Origin: Pristiophorus japonicus
Lineage: Eukaryota
DNA length: 64,000 bases
NCBI RefSeq assembly: GCF_044704955.1
Contig: NC_091997.1
Location: 67,580,001 to 67,644,000 of the forward strand
Direction: 5' to 3'
A program made the position numbers and the translations under genes. The notes under the pieces were generated by a model. The model made no database searches. It was given only the letters and a program-made list of their open reading frames with translations, and was not told the DNA's origin. This document shows positions 37,240 through 50,030 of this stretch, in pieces (the stretch's first letter is position 1; each line of letters begins with the position of its first letter).

Positions 37240-38800
37240 GCCTTGTTTACAAATCCCTCCATGGCCCTCGCCCTTCCCTATCTCTGTAATCCCCTCCAGC
37301 CCTACAACCCCCCCCCCCCCCCCCCCCCCGAGATGTCTGCGCTCCTCTAATTTTGCCCTCTTGAGCATCCCTGATTATAATCGCTCCACCATCGGTGGCC
37401 GTGCCTTCTGCTGCCTGGGCCCCAAGCTCTGGAACTCCCTCCCTAAACCTCTCAACCTCTCTATCTTGTTACTCCTTCAAGATGCTCCTTAAAACCTACC
37501 TCTTTGACCAAGCTTTTGGTCACCTGCCCTAATTTCTCCTTATGTGGCTCGGTGTTAAATTATTTGTCTTCCAACATTCATGTGAAGGGGCTTGGGACGC
37601 TTTACTACCAGAAATGCGAGGGTATACATATCAGGAAAGGATGAACAGGCTGGGTCTCTTTTCTCTTGAGGGAAAAAAAGAAGGCTTGAGGGGTGACCTA
37701 ATAGAGGTCTTTGAAACTATGAAAGGTTTTGATAGAGTAGGCACACAGAGAGAATGCTTCCACTTGTGGGGAAGAGCAGAACTAGAGGCCATCAATGCAA
37801 GATAGTCACCAAGAAATCCAATAGGGAATTCAGGAGCAACTTCTTTCCCCAGAGAATGGTGAGAATGTGGAACTCGCTGCCACAGGGAGTGGTTGAGGCG
37901 AATAGTATCGATGTATTTAAGGGGAGGCTGGACAAGCGTATGAGGGAGAAAGGAATAGAGGGTTATGCTGATAGAGTTAGATGAGGAAAGACGGGAGGAG
38001 GCTCGAGTGGGGCATAACCGCCGGCATGGACTGGTTGGGCCCAATGGCCCGATTCTGCGCTGTATATCCCAGGTAAAGCCTTTTAGATTATGTGGTTATA
38101 CGCTGCTATAGGTTCAGCCGCCTCAATAGTTCCCAGCCTTCCCCTTGGTGTTGAGCATCTTTTAGGTCGCACGTGTTTCATCGCCATCTCTGCACCGTGC
38201 AGCCGTTCCCAAAGATGAGCTCGTCGGAAGGCTCCTGGTTTTCCTGAAGGCTCTTGGGAATAAAGACAGAAAGGTGATGTGAGCAGTTCTGGGCACCACA
38301 GCGTCAGAGAGATATACTGGCCTGGGAGGGAGTGCAGCGTAGGTTTAGAGAATAATTCCCCAACTCTAAGGGTTAAGTTACGAGGAGAAATTACACAAAC
38401 TAGGATTGTACTCCCTGGAAATGAGAAGGTTAAGGGGCGATCTGATCGAAGATTTGAGGATATTAAGGGGAACAGATTGGGTAGAAACTATATCCGCTGG
38501 GTGGGGTTCTAGGACAAGAGGGCAGAGTCTAAAATGGAGATGAGGGGGTTGACTTATGAGGAAAGGTTGAGGAGGTTGGGCCTCTACTCATTGGAATTCA
38601 GAAGAATGAGAGGTGATCTTATCGAAGTGTATAAGGTTATGAGGGGGCTTGACAAGGTGGATGCAGAGAGGATGTTTCCACTGATGGGGGAGACTAGAAC
38701 TAGAGGGCATGATCTTAGAATAAGGGGCCGCCCATTTAAAACTGAGAGATGAGGAGGAATTTCTTCTGAGGGTTGTAAATCTGTGGAATTTGCTGCCTCA
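37240..38800 (+). mobile_element. Cluster of L2 (37240-37605) and CR1 (37605-38070, 38275-38800) fragments
   Basis: L2 GGRAF/LWNSLP segment followed by CR1 LRGDLIEVF and RMRGDLIEVYK segments. Confidence 0.8.
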
Positions 38801-38842
38801 GAGTTCTGGAAGCTGGGACCTCGTCCGCCTTCCATGTTTACC

Positions 38843-39099
38843 GCTCCGACAGTGCGGCGCTCCCTCAGCACTGCCCCTCCGACAGTGCGGCACTCCCTCA
38901 GCACTGCCCCTCCGACAGTGCGGCGCTCCCTCAGCACTGCCCCTCCGACAGTGCGGCGCTCCCTCAGTACTGTCCCTCCGACAGTGCGGCGCTCCCTCAG
39001 CACTGCCCCTCCGACAGTGCGGCGCTCCCTCAGCACTGCCCCTCCGACAGTGCGGCGCTCCCTCAGTACTGCCCCTCCGACAGTGCGGTGCTCCCTCAG
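38843..39099 (-). repeat. Orphan array of the 33-bp SINE unit (about 8 units) without SINE head or tail
   Basis: ctccgacagtgcggcgctccctcagcactgccc repeats flanked by non-SINE sequence. Confidence 0.85.
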
Positions 39100-39114
39100 A
39101 AATGCAATGTTCCT

Positions 39115-39522
39115 TTTCACGCCTGACTTTTTTCCTTTTATCAGCTCGAGCCCTGTCTCCCTTGTCCCTGTCTCCCTTGTCCCACTCTCCCGAGGTAATA
39201 TTCCCGATTTACGCCGTCCATGCTCACAACCACCCTGTGCATCTCAACAGACCAGGCTTCCCTTTCCGGGCCAGGGCGCCCGAGACTCCGGCCTTCCCTC
39301 CGAACTCGGGTTCCCCGTGACACCGGGGACCAGCCTGGTATCTCTCTCCCACACTGTCGGGAGTGTGGGACCTGTGGTTTATGTGGGCCGTGCAGTGCCA
39401 GCCCTTTGTGCTGTAATACAAGCCCACGCACACTCTCTCTCTCACACACACATTAAAGGATGTACAGGGAAGGAATAGTTTATAGCGGAAGATAAACCAC
39501 AGAACGATGACGGGACTGTGGG
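39115..39522. repeat. Unclassified dispersed repeat, copy 2 (uninterrupted)
   Basis: Colinear with 16095-16910. Confidence 0.8.
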
Positions 39523-39686
39523 TTTTTCCCACATTACAACAGCGACTGCACTTCAAAAAGTAATTCGTTGGCTGTAAAGCACTTTGGGACATCCGGTGTT
39601 TGTGAAAGGTACTATGTAAATACAAGATTTCTTTCTTTCTATTAAACTGGGAGAGATTTAGCACAGTTGTGTTCAATACCTGGCTA

Positions 39687-40410
39687 CAGCCGGGGCTCAG
39701 TGCGTATCACCCTCGCCTGAGTCAGAAGGTCGTGGGTTCAAGTCCCACTCCAGAGACTTGAGCACAAAAATCCAGGCTGACACTCCCAGTGCAGTGCTGA
39801 GGGAGCGCCGCACTGTCGGAGGGACAGTACTGAGGGAGCGCCGCACTGTCGGAGGGACAGTACTGAGGGAGCGCCGCACTGTCGGAGGACAGTGCTGAGG
39901 GAGTGCTGCACTGTCGGAGGGGCAGTGCTGAGGGAGCGCCGCACTGTCGGAGGGGCAGTACTGAGGGAGTGCCGCACTGTCGGAGGGACAGTACTGAGGG
40001 AGCGCTGCACTGTCGGAGGGGCAGTGCTGAGGGAGCGCCGCACTGTCGGAGGGGCAGTGCTGAGGGAGTGCTGCACTGTTGGAGGTGCCATCTTTCAGAC
40101 GAAACCTTAAACCGAGGCCCCGTCTGCTCGCTCAGGCGGATGTAAAAGATCCCACGGCCACTATTTCGAAGAAGAGCAGGGGAGTTCTCCCCGGTGTCCT
40201 GGGCCCAATCTTTATCCATCACCTAACGTCTAAAAACAGATTATCTGGTCATTATCACATTGCTGTTTGTGGGAGCTTGCTGTGTGCAAAATGGCTGCCG
40301 CGTTTCCCACATTACAACAGTGACCACACTCCAAAAAGTACCTCATTGGCTGCAAAGCGCTTTGGGACGTCCGGTAGTCGTGAAAGGCGCTATATAAATG
40401 CAAGTCTCTT
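39687..40410 (+). mobile_element. DeuSINE-like element, 9 units
   Basis: Full head-to-tail copy. Confidence 0.9.
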
Positions 40411-41024
40411 TCCTCGCCCCCATATTTCCTCTGTCTCTCTCTGCGGGGTGTGTGGGCCCTGCCAATGTTCCTAGTAAGCTGCGCTGAGGCCCATCGCTCC
40501 AGGGTTCCCCCACTGACGGCTTTTCAGTACAAAATCCGCACGTATTAATTTAGCATTGGGTGGGGGGGGGGGGGTTACCTTGGTTTCCATGTCTTTATCT
40601 CGCTGTCTTTTTATTTCTAATTTTTCATTCGACTTCTCTTTCCTCCAAATCGTTTATCTCTCTCTCCATTTTCGCCGTCTCTTTCTCTCTCTCGGTTTTT
40701 TGTTGTGCGGTGGAGGAGTTTCTGGCCGTTCGGGGTCAACGTGTGGAATTACAGCTTCAGAGGGGGTGTGTGCGATGGAATGCCATATTCCGCTGCTTCC
40801 ACTTTTGCAACTCCCAACTTGCCAGCCCGGCCCGCGGTGCGGAAAACTCCGTTCTTGGCCTCTCGCGCCTCAGCAGCAGGAATGAGGAATTGTTTCTCCT
40901 CGAGTCACGGGGTTGTGCTGCAAGAACAGAGTGATTGCCCTGACCCTGCTCAGTCTTAATGTCACAGAAACAAGACAATTTATGTGCAGGAAGCTTCGGG
41001 ACTTCCTCCCCCCCCCCCACAGCA

Positions 41025-42420
41025 ACAACACCAACTTGTATCTATATAGCGCCTTTAACGTAGTGAAGCGTCCCAAGGCGTTATACATTTAAAACCGAGC
41101 CACAGAAGTAGAAATTAGCGCAGGTGACCAAAAGTTTGGTCAAAGAGGTCGGCTTTAAGGAGCGTCTTAATGGACGAAAGAGAGGTGGAGAGTATTTATC
41201 CAACTCCCTTTTGAAAGCCACGATTGAGTCTGCCTCCACCACCGTGTCTAGCAGCGCATTCCAGATCCTAACCACTCGCTGCGGAAAAAATGTTTTCTCT
41301 CATGTCGCCTTTGGCTCTTCTGCCAATCGCCTTAAATCTGTGCCCTCTGGTTCCCGACCCTTCTGCCAGTTTCTCTCGATCTACTCTCTCCAGGCCCCTC
41401 GTGATTTTGAACACCTCCATCAAGCCTCCTCTCAACCTTCTCTGCTCCAAGGAGATCAACCCAGCTTCTCCAGTCTATCCACGTAACCGAAGTCCCTCGT
41501 CCCCGGAATCATTCTCCTAAACCTTCCCTGCCGTATCTCGGCCGTTAGTTTGTGCTGCGTTACCGATGAGTGATGCCAGTTCTTTTCCCCCACCCCCCCC
41601 CCCCCCGCTCTTAAACCAATAAGAGGCGACCTATTACCATCTCAATGAGAAGGTGTACAATCCCTATTACTGGTCTAAAGGAAAAGAGGGTCTTAAGTTG
41701 ATGTAATTGTGCCTTTTGGCTCGGATCGGAATGTGGTGACTTGACCACCTTCACACTGCGGGTGGTTTAGGGCGGACGTCTCTCGAGTCACACTGATCCT
41801 GCATCTGTACTGATCTTAGCTCGGCCAATTGACCACACGTGTCACTCAGTGAGGGACGGGAAATTGGGCCGGAGATCCTGCTCCTCATCAGCTTAGGGTG
41901 ACCTCTTCTGGAAGTGAACAGGAATGCCAGGTGAGGCAAGTATCATACTCCACTCTCCTCCTCTCCTGCAGTCAGGCAACCTGCCTATGCTCAGAACACA
42001 AGAAATAGGAGCAGGAGTCGGCTATTCGGCCCCTCGAGCCCGCTCCGCCATTCAATGAGATCATGGCTGATCTTCGACCTCAACTCCACTTTCCCGCCTG
42101 ATCCCCATATCCCTCGATTCCCCTCGAGTCCAAAAATCTAGCGATCTCAGCCTTGAATATACTCAATGACTGAGCCTCCACAGCCCTCTGGGGCAGAGAA
42201 TTCCAAAGATTCACCACCCTCTGAGTGAAGAAATTCCTCCTCATCTCAGTCCTAAATGGCCGACCCCTTATCGTGAGACTGTGACCCCTGGTTCTAGATT
42301 CCCAGCCCGGGGGACACACCCTCCCTGCATCTACCCTGTCAATCCCCCTCAGAACCTTGTATGTTTCTATGAGATCACCCCTCATTCTTCTCAGCTCCAG
42401 AGAGTACAGGCTCAGTCTAC
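41025..42420 (-). mobile_element. L2 tail (41025-41190) and CR1 fragments (41190-41520, 41995-42420)
   Basis: SLEQRRLRGGLMEVFK and MRGDLIETYKVLRG...WNSLPQRAVEA on -. Confidence 0.8.
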
Positions 42421-42884
42421 GCTGCTCGTGTGATTCCCGCCCTAAGTCTCTCCACCTCCCTTTCCCCCTCCTTTCAAGATGCTCCTTAAAAAACCTAAGT
42501 CTCTGACCAAGTTTTTGGCCACCTGTCCTAATGTTTCCCCCTTGTCAATGTTTCTTTGTCTGATTACACTTTGGGACGTGCACCAAGGATAGGAGAGAGA
42601 GCGCGAGTAACCATGAGAGATTTTAATGTACATTTGTCAGCGAGCAAACCCAGAACCTTCAGCTCACTTTACCGTAGACACTGGGAGGAGCACAACAAAG
42701 ATTTCATCCCTGGTGTAGTGAGGCAAGAGCATTCGTTTATACAGTCTCGCTCCTAACTTCAAGACATTTCCAAAATACTTCAAGGCTTATGAATAACTTT
42801 TGGAGTGTAGTCGCGGTTCTAATGTCGGTAAAGGTGGCGGTCAGCTTGCGCACAGCAAGCTCCCACAAACAGCAATCCGATGTA

Positions 42885-43478
42885 GTAACCAAGTCCCGCT
42901 CACCCATCACCCCCTGTGCTCGCTGCCCCGTGTCCTAACTCTCACCGAGTCCCGCTCACCCATCACCCCCTGTGCTCGCTGCCCCGTGTCCTAACTCGCA
43001 CCGAGTCCCGCTCACCCATCGCCCCCTGTGCTCGCTGACCTACATTGGCTCCCGGTTAAGCAACGCCTTGATTTCAAAATTCCCATCCTTGTTTACAAAT
43101 CCCTCCATGGCCCTCGCCCCTCCCTATCTCTGTAATCTCCTCCAGCCCCACAACCCCCGAGATATCTGCGCTCCTCTAATTCTGTTCCCTTGAGCATCCC
43201 TCATTATAATCGCTCCACCATCGGTGGCCGTGCCTTCTGTTGCCTGGGCCCCAAGCTCTGGAACTCCCTCCCTCAACCTCTCCGCCTCTCTACCTCTCTC
43301 TCCTCCTTTACGACGCTCCTTAAAACCGACCTCTGTGACCAATCTTTTGGTCACCTGACGTAATTTCCCCTTATGCGGCTCGATGTCAAATGTATCTGTT
43401 TTGTCTTAACACTGCTGTGAAGCACCTTGGGACGTTTTACTATGTTAAAGGCGCTATATAGATTCAAGTTGTTGTTGT
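42885..43478 (+). mobile_element. L2 3' fragment with a 56-bp unit repeated 2-3 times
   Basis: Same family and same expanded segment as 1941-2985. Confidence 0.85.
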
Positions 43479-44159
43479 AGAGTGGAAGAACAAAGGAGAC
43501 AGAGACTTGGGCTTCGAGCTTGCTGGGAGTTTGGGGTTTTGTTCTAGTGTATCTGATATCTCTGCTTTGGCCGATGCGCAGGGCGTTAGTTGGCCCCGAT
43601 GGACGACAAGGGCCAAAACCACAACATTTCAGTGTGATGGCATATCCCCCCTGAATTTGGCAAGGGCCGTGTTGAAACAGGAGTGGATTGTTCCTAGGGG
43701 AGAGAGATTCCTTGTTAGGAAATTCAATGAAGTGGGAGAGCTGCAATGCCTGTCATTCCTTCATCCAGCGACTCTGAATGTAAATAGATCATCTATAAAT
43801 ATATACAGTACTACAGTCTATCCCTCCCCCTTGTACACTTGATCGCCCATCAGTTTATACACTTATAAGGAATATATCTGCAAACTCTTCACTCCATTAT
43901 CACCACTCGGCAAGAGTACAGTTTGAAACAATAAATAATTTCTAGATTAGAAGCTGTGCTAATTTTTTGATAGCTCATCAGCAATAAAAGTCAACTTCAA
44001 GATCATTTTTCTTCTCGATAATGTATCGGACTATTCAGATTGCGCTGACTTAACTCTGCCCTTAAGTCACATTTAAAGGACTCCAGTGATTTTGATGTGG
44101 GTAGGCGAGGTGCCCAAGGGGTCTCCCCGCTGGCCTAACCTTCCCCCCCTCCCCCAACA

Positions 44160-44807
44160 ACAATTAAGAAAGCAAATGGTATGTTGGCCTTTATTACAGG
44201 AGTATTTGAGTATAAGGATAAACATGTCTTACTGCAATTATATAGAGCCCTGGTGAGACCACACCTGGCGAATTGTGTACAGTCTCGGTCTCCTTACCTA
44301 AGGAAGGATATACTCGCCATAGAGGGAGTGCAACGAAGGTTCACGAGACTGATTCCTGGGATGGGGGGATTGTCCTATGAGGAGAGATTGAGTAGACTAG
44401 GCCGATATTCTCTAGAGTTTAGAAGAATGAGAGGTGATCTCATTGAAACATACCAATTTCTTACAGGGCTTGACAGGGTAGATGCAGGGAGAATGTTTCC
44501 CCTAAAACCAGGGGTCACAGTCTCAGGATAAGGGGTCGGCCATTTAGGATTGAGATGAGGAGAAATTTCTTCACTCAGAGGGTGGTGAATCTTTGGAATT
44601 CTCTGCCCCAGAGGGCTGTGGAGGCTCAGTCGTTGATTATATTCAAGACAGAGATCGATAGATTTTTCGATATTAAGGGAATCGAGGGATATGGGGATAG
44701 TGCAGGAAAGTGGAGTTGAGGTCGAAGATCAGCCGTGATCTCACTGAATGGCGGAGCAGGCTTGAGGGGCCGAATGGCCGACTCCTGCTCCTAATTCTCA
44801 TGTTCTT
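44160..44807 (+). mobile_element. CR1 3' fragment
   Basis: MLAFITGVFEYKDKHVLLQLYRALVRPHL...RMRGDLIETY. Confidence 0.9.
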
Positions 44808-45099
44808 GCATCTTACCATCTGACCCACTCAATCTCAGTCCAAGCCACCTGAAGGCACAGAGATGCGCTATCTGCCAGAGATTCAACCTGGCTGCTTTTG
44901 GCCACCTGACTCCGATTGGTGCCACGACAGACCGGTGGTTCGATGTGCCGCCCGATGTGGCAGTGAGCCACCGCGGTCTCCAGCTTCACTCGAGCATTTG
45001 CAGAATGGACTATTTGGATGGTGTCTCGGCGGCTGTGGGCACGGAGGTGACCATCCTCCAGCACGAGGCCGCACCTTCAGGAGAGGCGGAGTAAGCAAG

Positions 45100-45908
45100 A
45101 AAGACTTGCATTTATATAGTGCCTTTTGCGACCTCCAGATGTCCCAAAGCACTTTACAGCCAATGAAGTACTTTTGGAGTGTAGTCACTGTTGTAATGTG
45201 GGAAACGCAGCAGCCAATTTGTGCACAGCAAGCTCCCACACACAGCAATGTGATAATGACCGGATAATCTGTTTGTGATATTGATTGAGGGATAAATATT
45301 GGCCCCAGGACACCGGGGAGAACTCCCCTGCTCTTCTTAAAAATAATGGCCTGGGATCTTTTCCGTCCACCTGAGAGCAGACAGGGCCTCGGTTTAACGT
45401 CTCATCTGAAAGAAGGCACCTCAGACAGTGCGGCGCTCCCTCAGCACTGCCCCTCCGACAGTGCGGCGCTCCCTCAGCACCGTCCCTCTGACAGTGCGGC
45501 GCTCCCTCAGCACTGCCCCTCCGACAGTGCGGCGCTCCCTCAGCACTGCCCCTCCGACAGTGCGGCGCTCCCTCAGCACTGCCCCTCCGACAGTGCGGCG
45601 CTCCCTCAGCACTGCCCCTCCGACAGTGCGGCGCTCCCTCAGCACTGCCCCTCCGACAGTGCGGCGCTCCCTCAGCACTGCCCCTCCGACAGTGCGGCGC
45701 TCCCTCAGCACTGCCCCTCCGACAGTGCGGCGCTCCCTCAGCACTGCCCCTCCGACAGTGCGGCGCTCTCTCAGCACTGCCCCTCCGACAGTGCGGCGCT
45801 CCCTCAGCACTGCACTGGGAATGTCGACCTAGATTTTTGTGCTCAAGCCCCTGAGTGGGACTCGAGCCCACAACCTTCTGACTCCGAGGCGCGGGTACTG
45901 CCCACTGA
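45100..45908 (-). mobile_element. DeuSINE-like element, 12 units
   Basis: Full copy, array 45420-45815. Confidence 0.9.
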
Positions 45909-46384
45909 TCGGATGGTCGGGGAGGGGACAACAGAAGCTCGGGGCCTCTCTCTTTTCCAAATCTCTCCCATCGCTGCAAATCAATGGGCAGGAACAATCA
46001 CAGTATATGATCGGGAGCCAAACCAAATTGTGGACTGTTCCTTCAAAGCAAGTACATTGGTGCCAATTGATGAACTGAATATCCGGACACTGAGGGACTG
46101 GACTGCAGAGCGACTCGGGTACGTACAATATCCCCCTCTGTCTGTTTTAAAAACAAAGTAGAATTTCTACAGCGCCTCTCAACCTCGGGACGTCCCAAAG
46201 CGCTTTACAGCTGGCACTTTTGAAGTCACTATTGCAATGTAGAACACCGTGTACACTTTCATTTTAACTTTTACGGTGAAACATTAAATTGTAATATTTT
46301 ACTGAGAGACCATATTAGGAATCGTTCTAAGTTGTGGCCGTCCGATTTGTTCCTTCAGTATAGCACTGAAAAGTCCAGCTAGAT

Positions 46385-46820
46385 TAGGTTGAGCAGTTGG
46401 GCCTGTACTCATTGGAGTTTAGAGGAATGAGAGGTGATCTTATTGAAACGTGTAAGATTCTGAGGGGGCTCGACAGGGTAGATGCAGAGAGGATGTTTCC
46501 CCTCGTGGGGGAATCTAGAACTAGGGGGCATAGTTTTAGAATAAGGGGTCGCCCATTTAAGACTGAGATGAGGAGGAATTTCTTCTCTCAGAGGGTCGTG
46601 AATTTTTGGAATTCTCTGCCCCAGAGAGCTGTGGAGGCTGGGTCATTGAATATATTTACGGTGGTGATAGACAGATTTTTGAGCGATAAGGAAGTCGAGG
46701 GTTATGGGGAGCGGGCGGGGAAGTGGAGCTGAGTCCATGATCGGATCAGCCATGATCTTATTGAATGGCGGAGCAGGCTTGAGGGGCCGAATGGCCGACT
46801 CCTGCTCCTAATTCTTATGT
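46385..46820 (+). mobile_element. CR1 3' fragment
   Basis: GLYSLEFRGMRGDLIETCK...AGKWS* plus tail. Confidence 0.9.
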
Positions 46821-46887
46821 AGGTGCCTGAGCCCTGGAGTGAAGCTTGAATGCACAACCTTCTGACTCCGACACCAAAGCACAATAC

Positions 46888-47210
46888 CGCGGATGTGGAA
46901 ATCTGAAATGAAGACAGAAAATGATGGAAATGCTCAGCGGGTCGGGCAGCATCTGTGGAGAGAGAAACCGAGTTAACGTTTCAGGTCGATGACCCTTCGT
47001 CAGAACTGGAAAAAGTTAGAGATGTAACAGGTTTTTAAGCAAGTGTGGGGGCAGGGAGAGGGGGTGGGGGGGAGGATAGAACAAAAGGGAGGGTCTGCGA
47101 TAGGGTGAGAGGCAGGAGAGATGAAATGACCAACGGGATGATGGCACCAGGCAAAGGAGATGGTAATGGGACAAAAGATAAGTCTAGATAGGGTGGGAAT
47201 GGAGATGGCA
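46888..47210 (-). mobile_element. Penelope-like element terminal (pLTR) fragment
   Basis: Homologous to 62405-62630 and, inverted, to 63160-63390; contains a hammerhead motif typical of Penelope-like termini. Confidence 0.7.
46968..47009 (-). ncRNA. Minimal type I hammerhead ribozyme motif
   Basis: Minus strand: ccAGTT-CTGACGA-agGGTC-atc-GACCt-GAAA-CGTT-AACTcgg. Both catalytic boxes are intact, with stem I AGTT/AACT, stem II GGTC/GACC and a palindromic (AACGTT) stem III region. Confidence 0.72.
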
Positions 47211-48206
47211 CTGTTGCACACTCTATCTTAATCCTCTTGACCTAGCTACCCTAGAATCACAGAACGGTTACAGCACGGAAGGAGGCCATTTGGCCTGTCG
47301 AGCCTGTGCCGGCTCTCTCCAGGAGCACCTCAGCCAGTCCCACTCCCCTGCCCTTTCCCCGTAGCCCGGCCATTTTTATTCCTTCAGGTACTTATCCAAT
47401 TCCCCTTTGAAAGCCACGGTTGAGTCTGCCTCCACCACCCTCTCAGGCAGCACATTCCAGATCCTAACCACTCGCTGCGTAAAGTGTTTTTCCTGACATC
47501 GCCTTTGGCCAATCGCCGTAAATCCATGTCCTCTGGTTCTCGATCCTTCCGCCAATGGCCTCTCTCCCACCTTCCAAAACCCACTCCAGTCCAAACATCT
47601 TGAGCCAGCTCACGGTTCCAGCTCCCTTCCCCTGGGGTCTGCTCTTCCTTGGGAAGAACGTTTGAACGCCTGCGCTCGGTCTGGGCGCACGTCCTCAACC
47701 GACCTCTTTACAAATCAGCGACGGACTGAACAAGGAGTGTGCGGGGTTGCTGTGGTGGCCTGGTTCACAGGGTCCGGATATTTTGTTGATCAAAATCCGT
47801 CAACTCTTAATCAGGTCTCAGTTATATACAAACCGTGTGTGTAATTCCCTCTGGGAAACGCTCCCTGTTACACACGTGATTCAGCTCACTGGGCTTGCTG
47901 TCAGGATTTATAGCGGGGAAATAAAATTCAATCAAATGATCCTGTGCGGAAACAATAGTTGTTAAAACGTATTCACTCTGGTCTCGACGCCAGAGGGCTA
48001 GAAGACAATATTTCTGTCGGGAGTTAGCAAGAGCCGGCAGCACGGTGATCCGGGAATACTCCCCAAGGGTATCATTGAAGCGTTCTAATATTGTCCAGTA
48101 TGTCGCTTGTGCCATAGGGACCGGAGAGTTTGATTGCCAACGTGTGTATGGAGTTCAGATACTGCAGCCGAGATCGCCACCATCATCGACAAGTTGTGTT
48201 TCACAA

Positions 48207-49095
48207 AGACTTGTGTTTATATAGCGCCTTTCACGGCCACCAGACGTCCCAAAGCGCTTTACAGCCAATGAAGTACTTTTGGAGTGCAGTCATTGTTGTA
48301 ATGTGGGAAACGCAGCAGCCAATCTGCGCACAGCAAGCTCCCACACACAGCAATGTGATAATGACCTGATAATCGTGTTTTTTTTTGTTACATTGATTGA
48401 GGGATAAATATTGGCCCCAGGACACCGGGGAGAACTCTCCTGCTCTTCTTCGAAATAGTGCCGTGGGATCTTTTACATCCACCTGAGAACAAACAGCCTC
48501 GGTTTAACGTCTCATTCAAAAGATGGCCCCTCCGACAGTGCGGCGCTCCCTCAGCACTGCCCCTCCGACAGTGCGGCGCTCCCTCAGCACTGCCCCTCCG
48601 ACAGTGCGGCGCTCCCTCAGCACTGCACTGGGAGTGGCAGCCTCGTTTTTTGTGTTCAAGTCCCTGGAGTGGGACTTGAACCCACAACCTTCTGACCCAG
48701 AGGCGAGAGTGCTACTCACTGAGCCACTGTAATGTACCTCAGCTTTAACCAACTTATAAACCTTCCGGATCGCACCTGGGACCTTTTGGCCTGGGTGCCT
48801 CATTAGCACTCCGTGTGGTGCATTGATCGGCTAGCCAAGAGGAAACATCTTGCATGGCAACTACAAACCTCTGGCGATAACTCCCCTGCTCTTCTTCGAA
48901 ATAGTGCTGTGGGATCTTTACGTCCACTTGAGAGCAGATGGGGCCTCGGTTTAATGTTTCCCCCCCGCATAAAGCAGTTGAATTTAAGTGGAGTTTCAGC
49001 TTGGATTTTTTATGTGCTCAAGTTCCTGAAGTGGGACTTGAACCCACAACCTTCTGACTCAGGCGAGAGTGCTGCCCACTGAGCCCCAGCTGACA
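48207..49095 (-). mobile_element. Two DeuSINE-like copies (48207-48728, 3 units; 48875-49095, internally deleted, no unit)
   Basis: Heads near 48725 and 49090. Confidence 0.82.
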
Positions 49096-49167
49096 CTTTA
49101 TATAGTGCCTTTAATGTAGAAAACTGATGCAAGGCCATTCAGCTACCATACCCTAACCACTGTCAAC

Positions 49168-50030
49168 ATAAATCCAGGCCGACACTCCCAGTGCAGTGCT
49201 GAGGGAGCACCGCGCTGTCGGAGAGGCAGTGCTGAGGGAGTGGCGCACTGTCGGAGAGGCAGTGCTGAGGGAGTGGCGCACTGTCGGAGAGGCAGTGCTG
49301 AGGGAGCGGCGCACTGTCGGAGAGGCAGTGCTGAGGGAGCGGCGCACTGTCGGAGGGGCAGTGCTGAGGGAGCGCCGCACTGTCGGAGGGGCAGTGCTGA
49401 GGGAGCGCCGCACTGTCGGAGGGGCAGTACTGAGGGAGCGCCGCACTGTCGGAGGGGCAGTACTGAGGGAGCGCCGCACTGTCGGAGGGGCAGTGCTGAG
49501 GGAGCGCCGCACTGTCGGTAGGGCAGTGCTGAGGGAGCGCCGCACTGTCGGAGGGGCAGTGCTGAGGGAGCGCCGCACTGTCGGAGGGGCAGTGCTGAGG
49601 GAGCGCCGCACTGTCGGAGGGGCAGTACTGAGGGAGTGCCGCACTGTCGGAGGGGCAGTTCTGAGGGAGCGCCGCACTGTCGGAGGGGCAGTGCTGAGGG
49701 AGCGCCGCACTGTCCAAGGTGCCGTCTTTCAGATAAGATGTTAAACCGAGGCCCTGTCTACTCCCTCAGGTGGATGTAAAAGATCGCATGGCACTATTTC
49801 GAAGAAGAGCAGGGGAGTTCTCCCCGGTGTCCTGGAGCCAATATTTACCCCTCAATCAACATAACATAAAAAAAACAGATTATCTGGTCATTATCACATT
49901 GCTGTGTGTGGGTGCTTGCTGTGCGCAAATTGGCTGCTGCGTTTCCCACATTACAACAGTGACTACACTCCAAAAGTACTTCATTGGCTGTAAAGCACTT
50001 TGGGACGTCCGGTGGTTGTGAAAGGCGCTA
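49168..50030 (+). mobile_element. DeuSINE-like element, 16 units; last bases of the tail displaced to 51027-51038
   Basis: Ends gaaaggcgcta at 50030; ataaatgcaagt resumes after the CR1 insertion. Confidence 0.88.
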
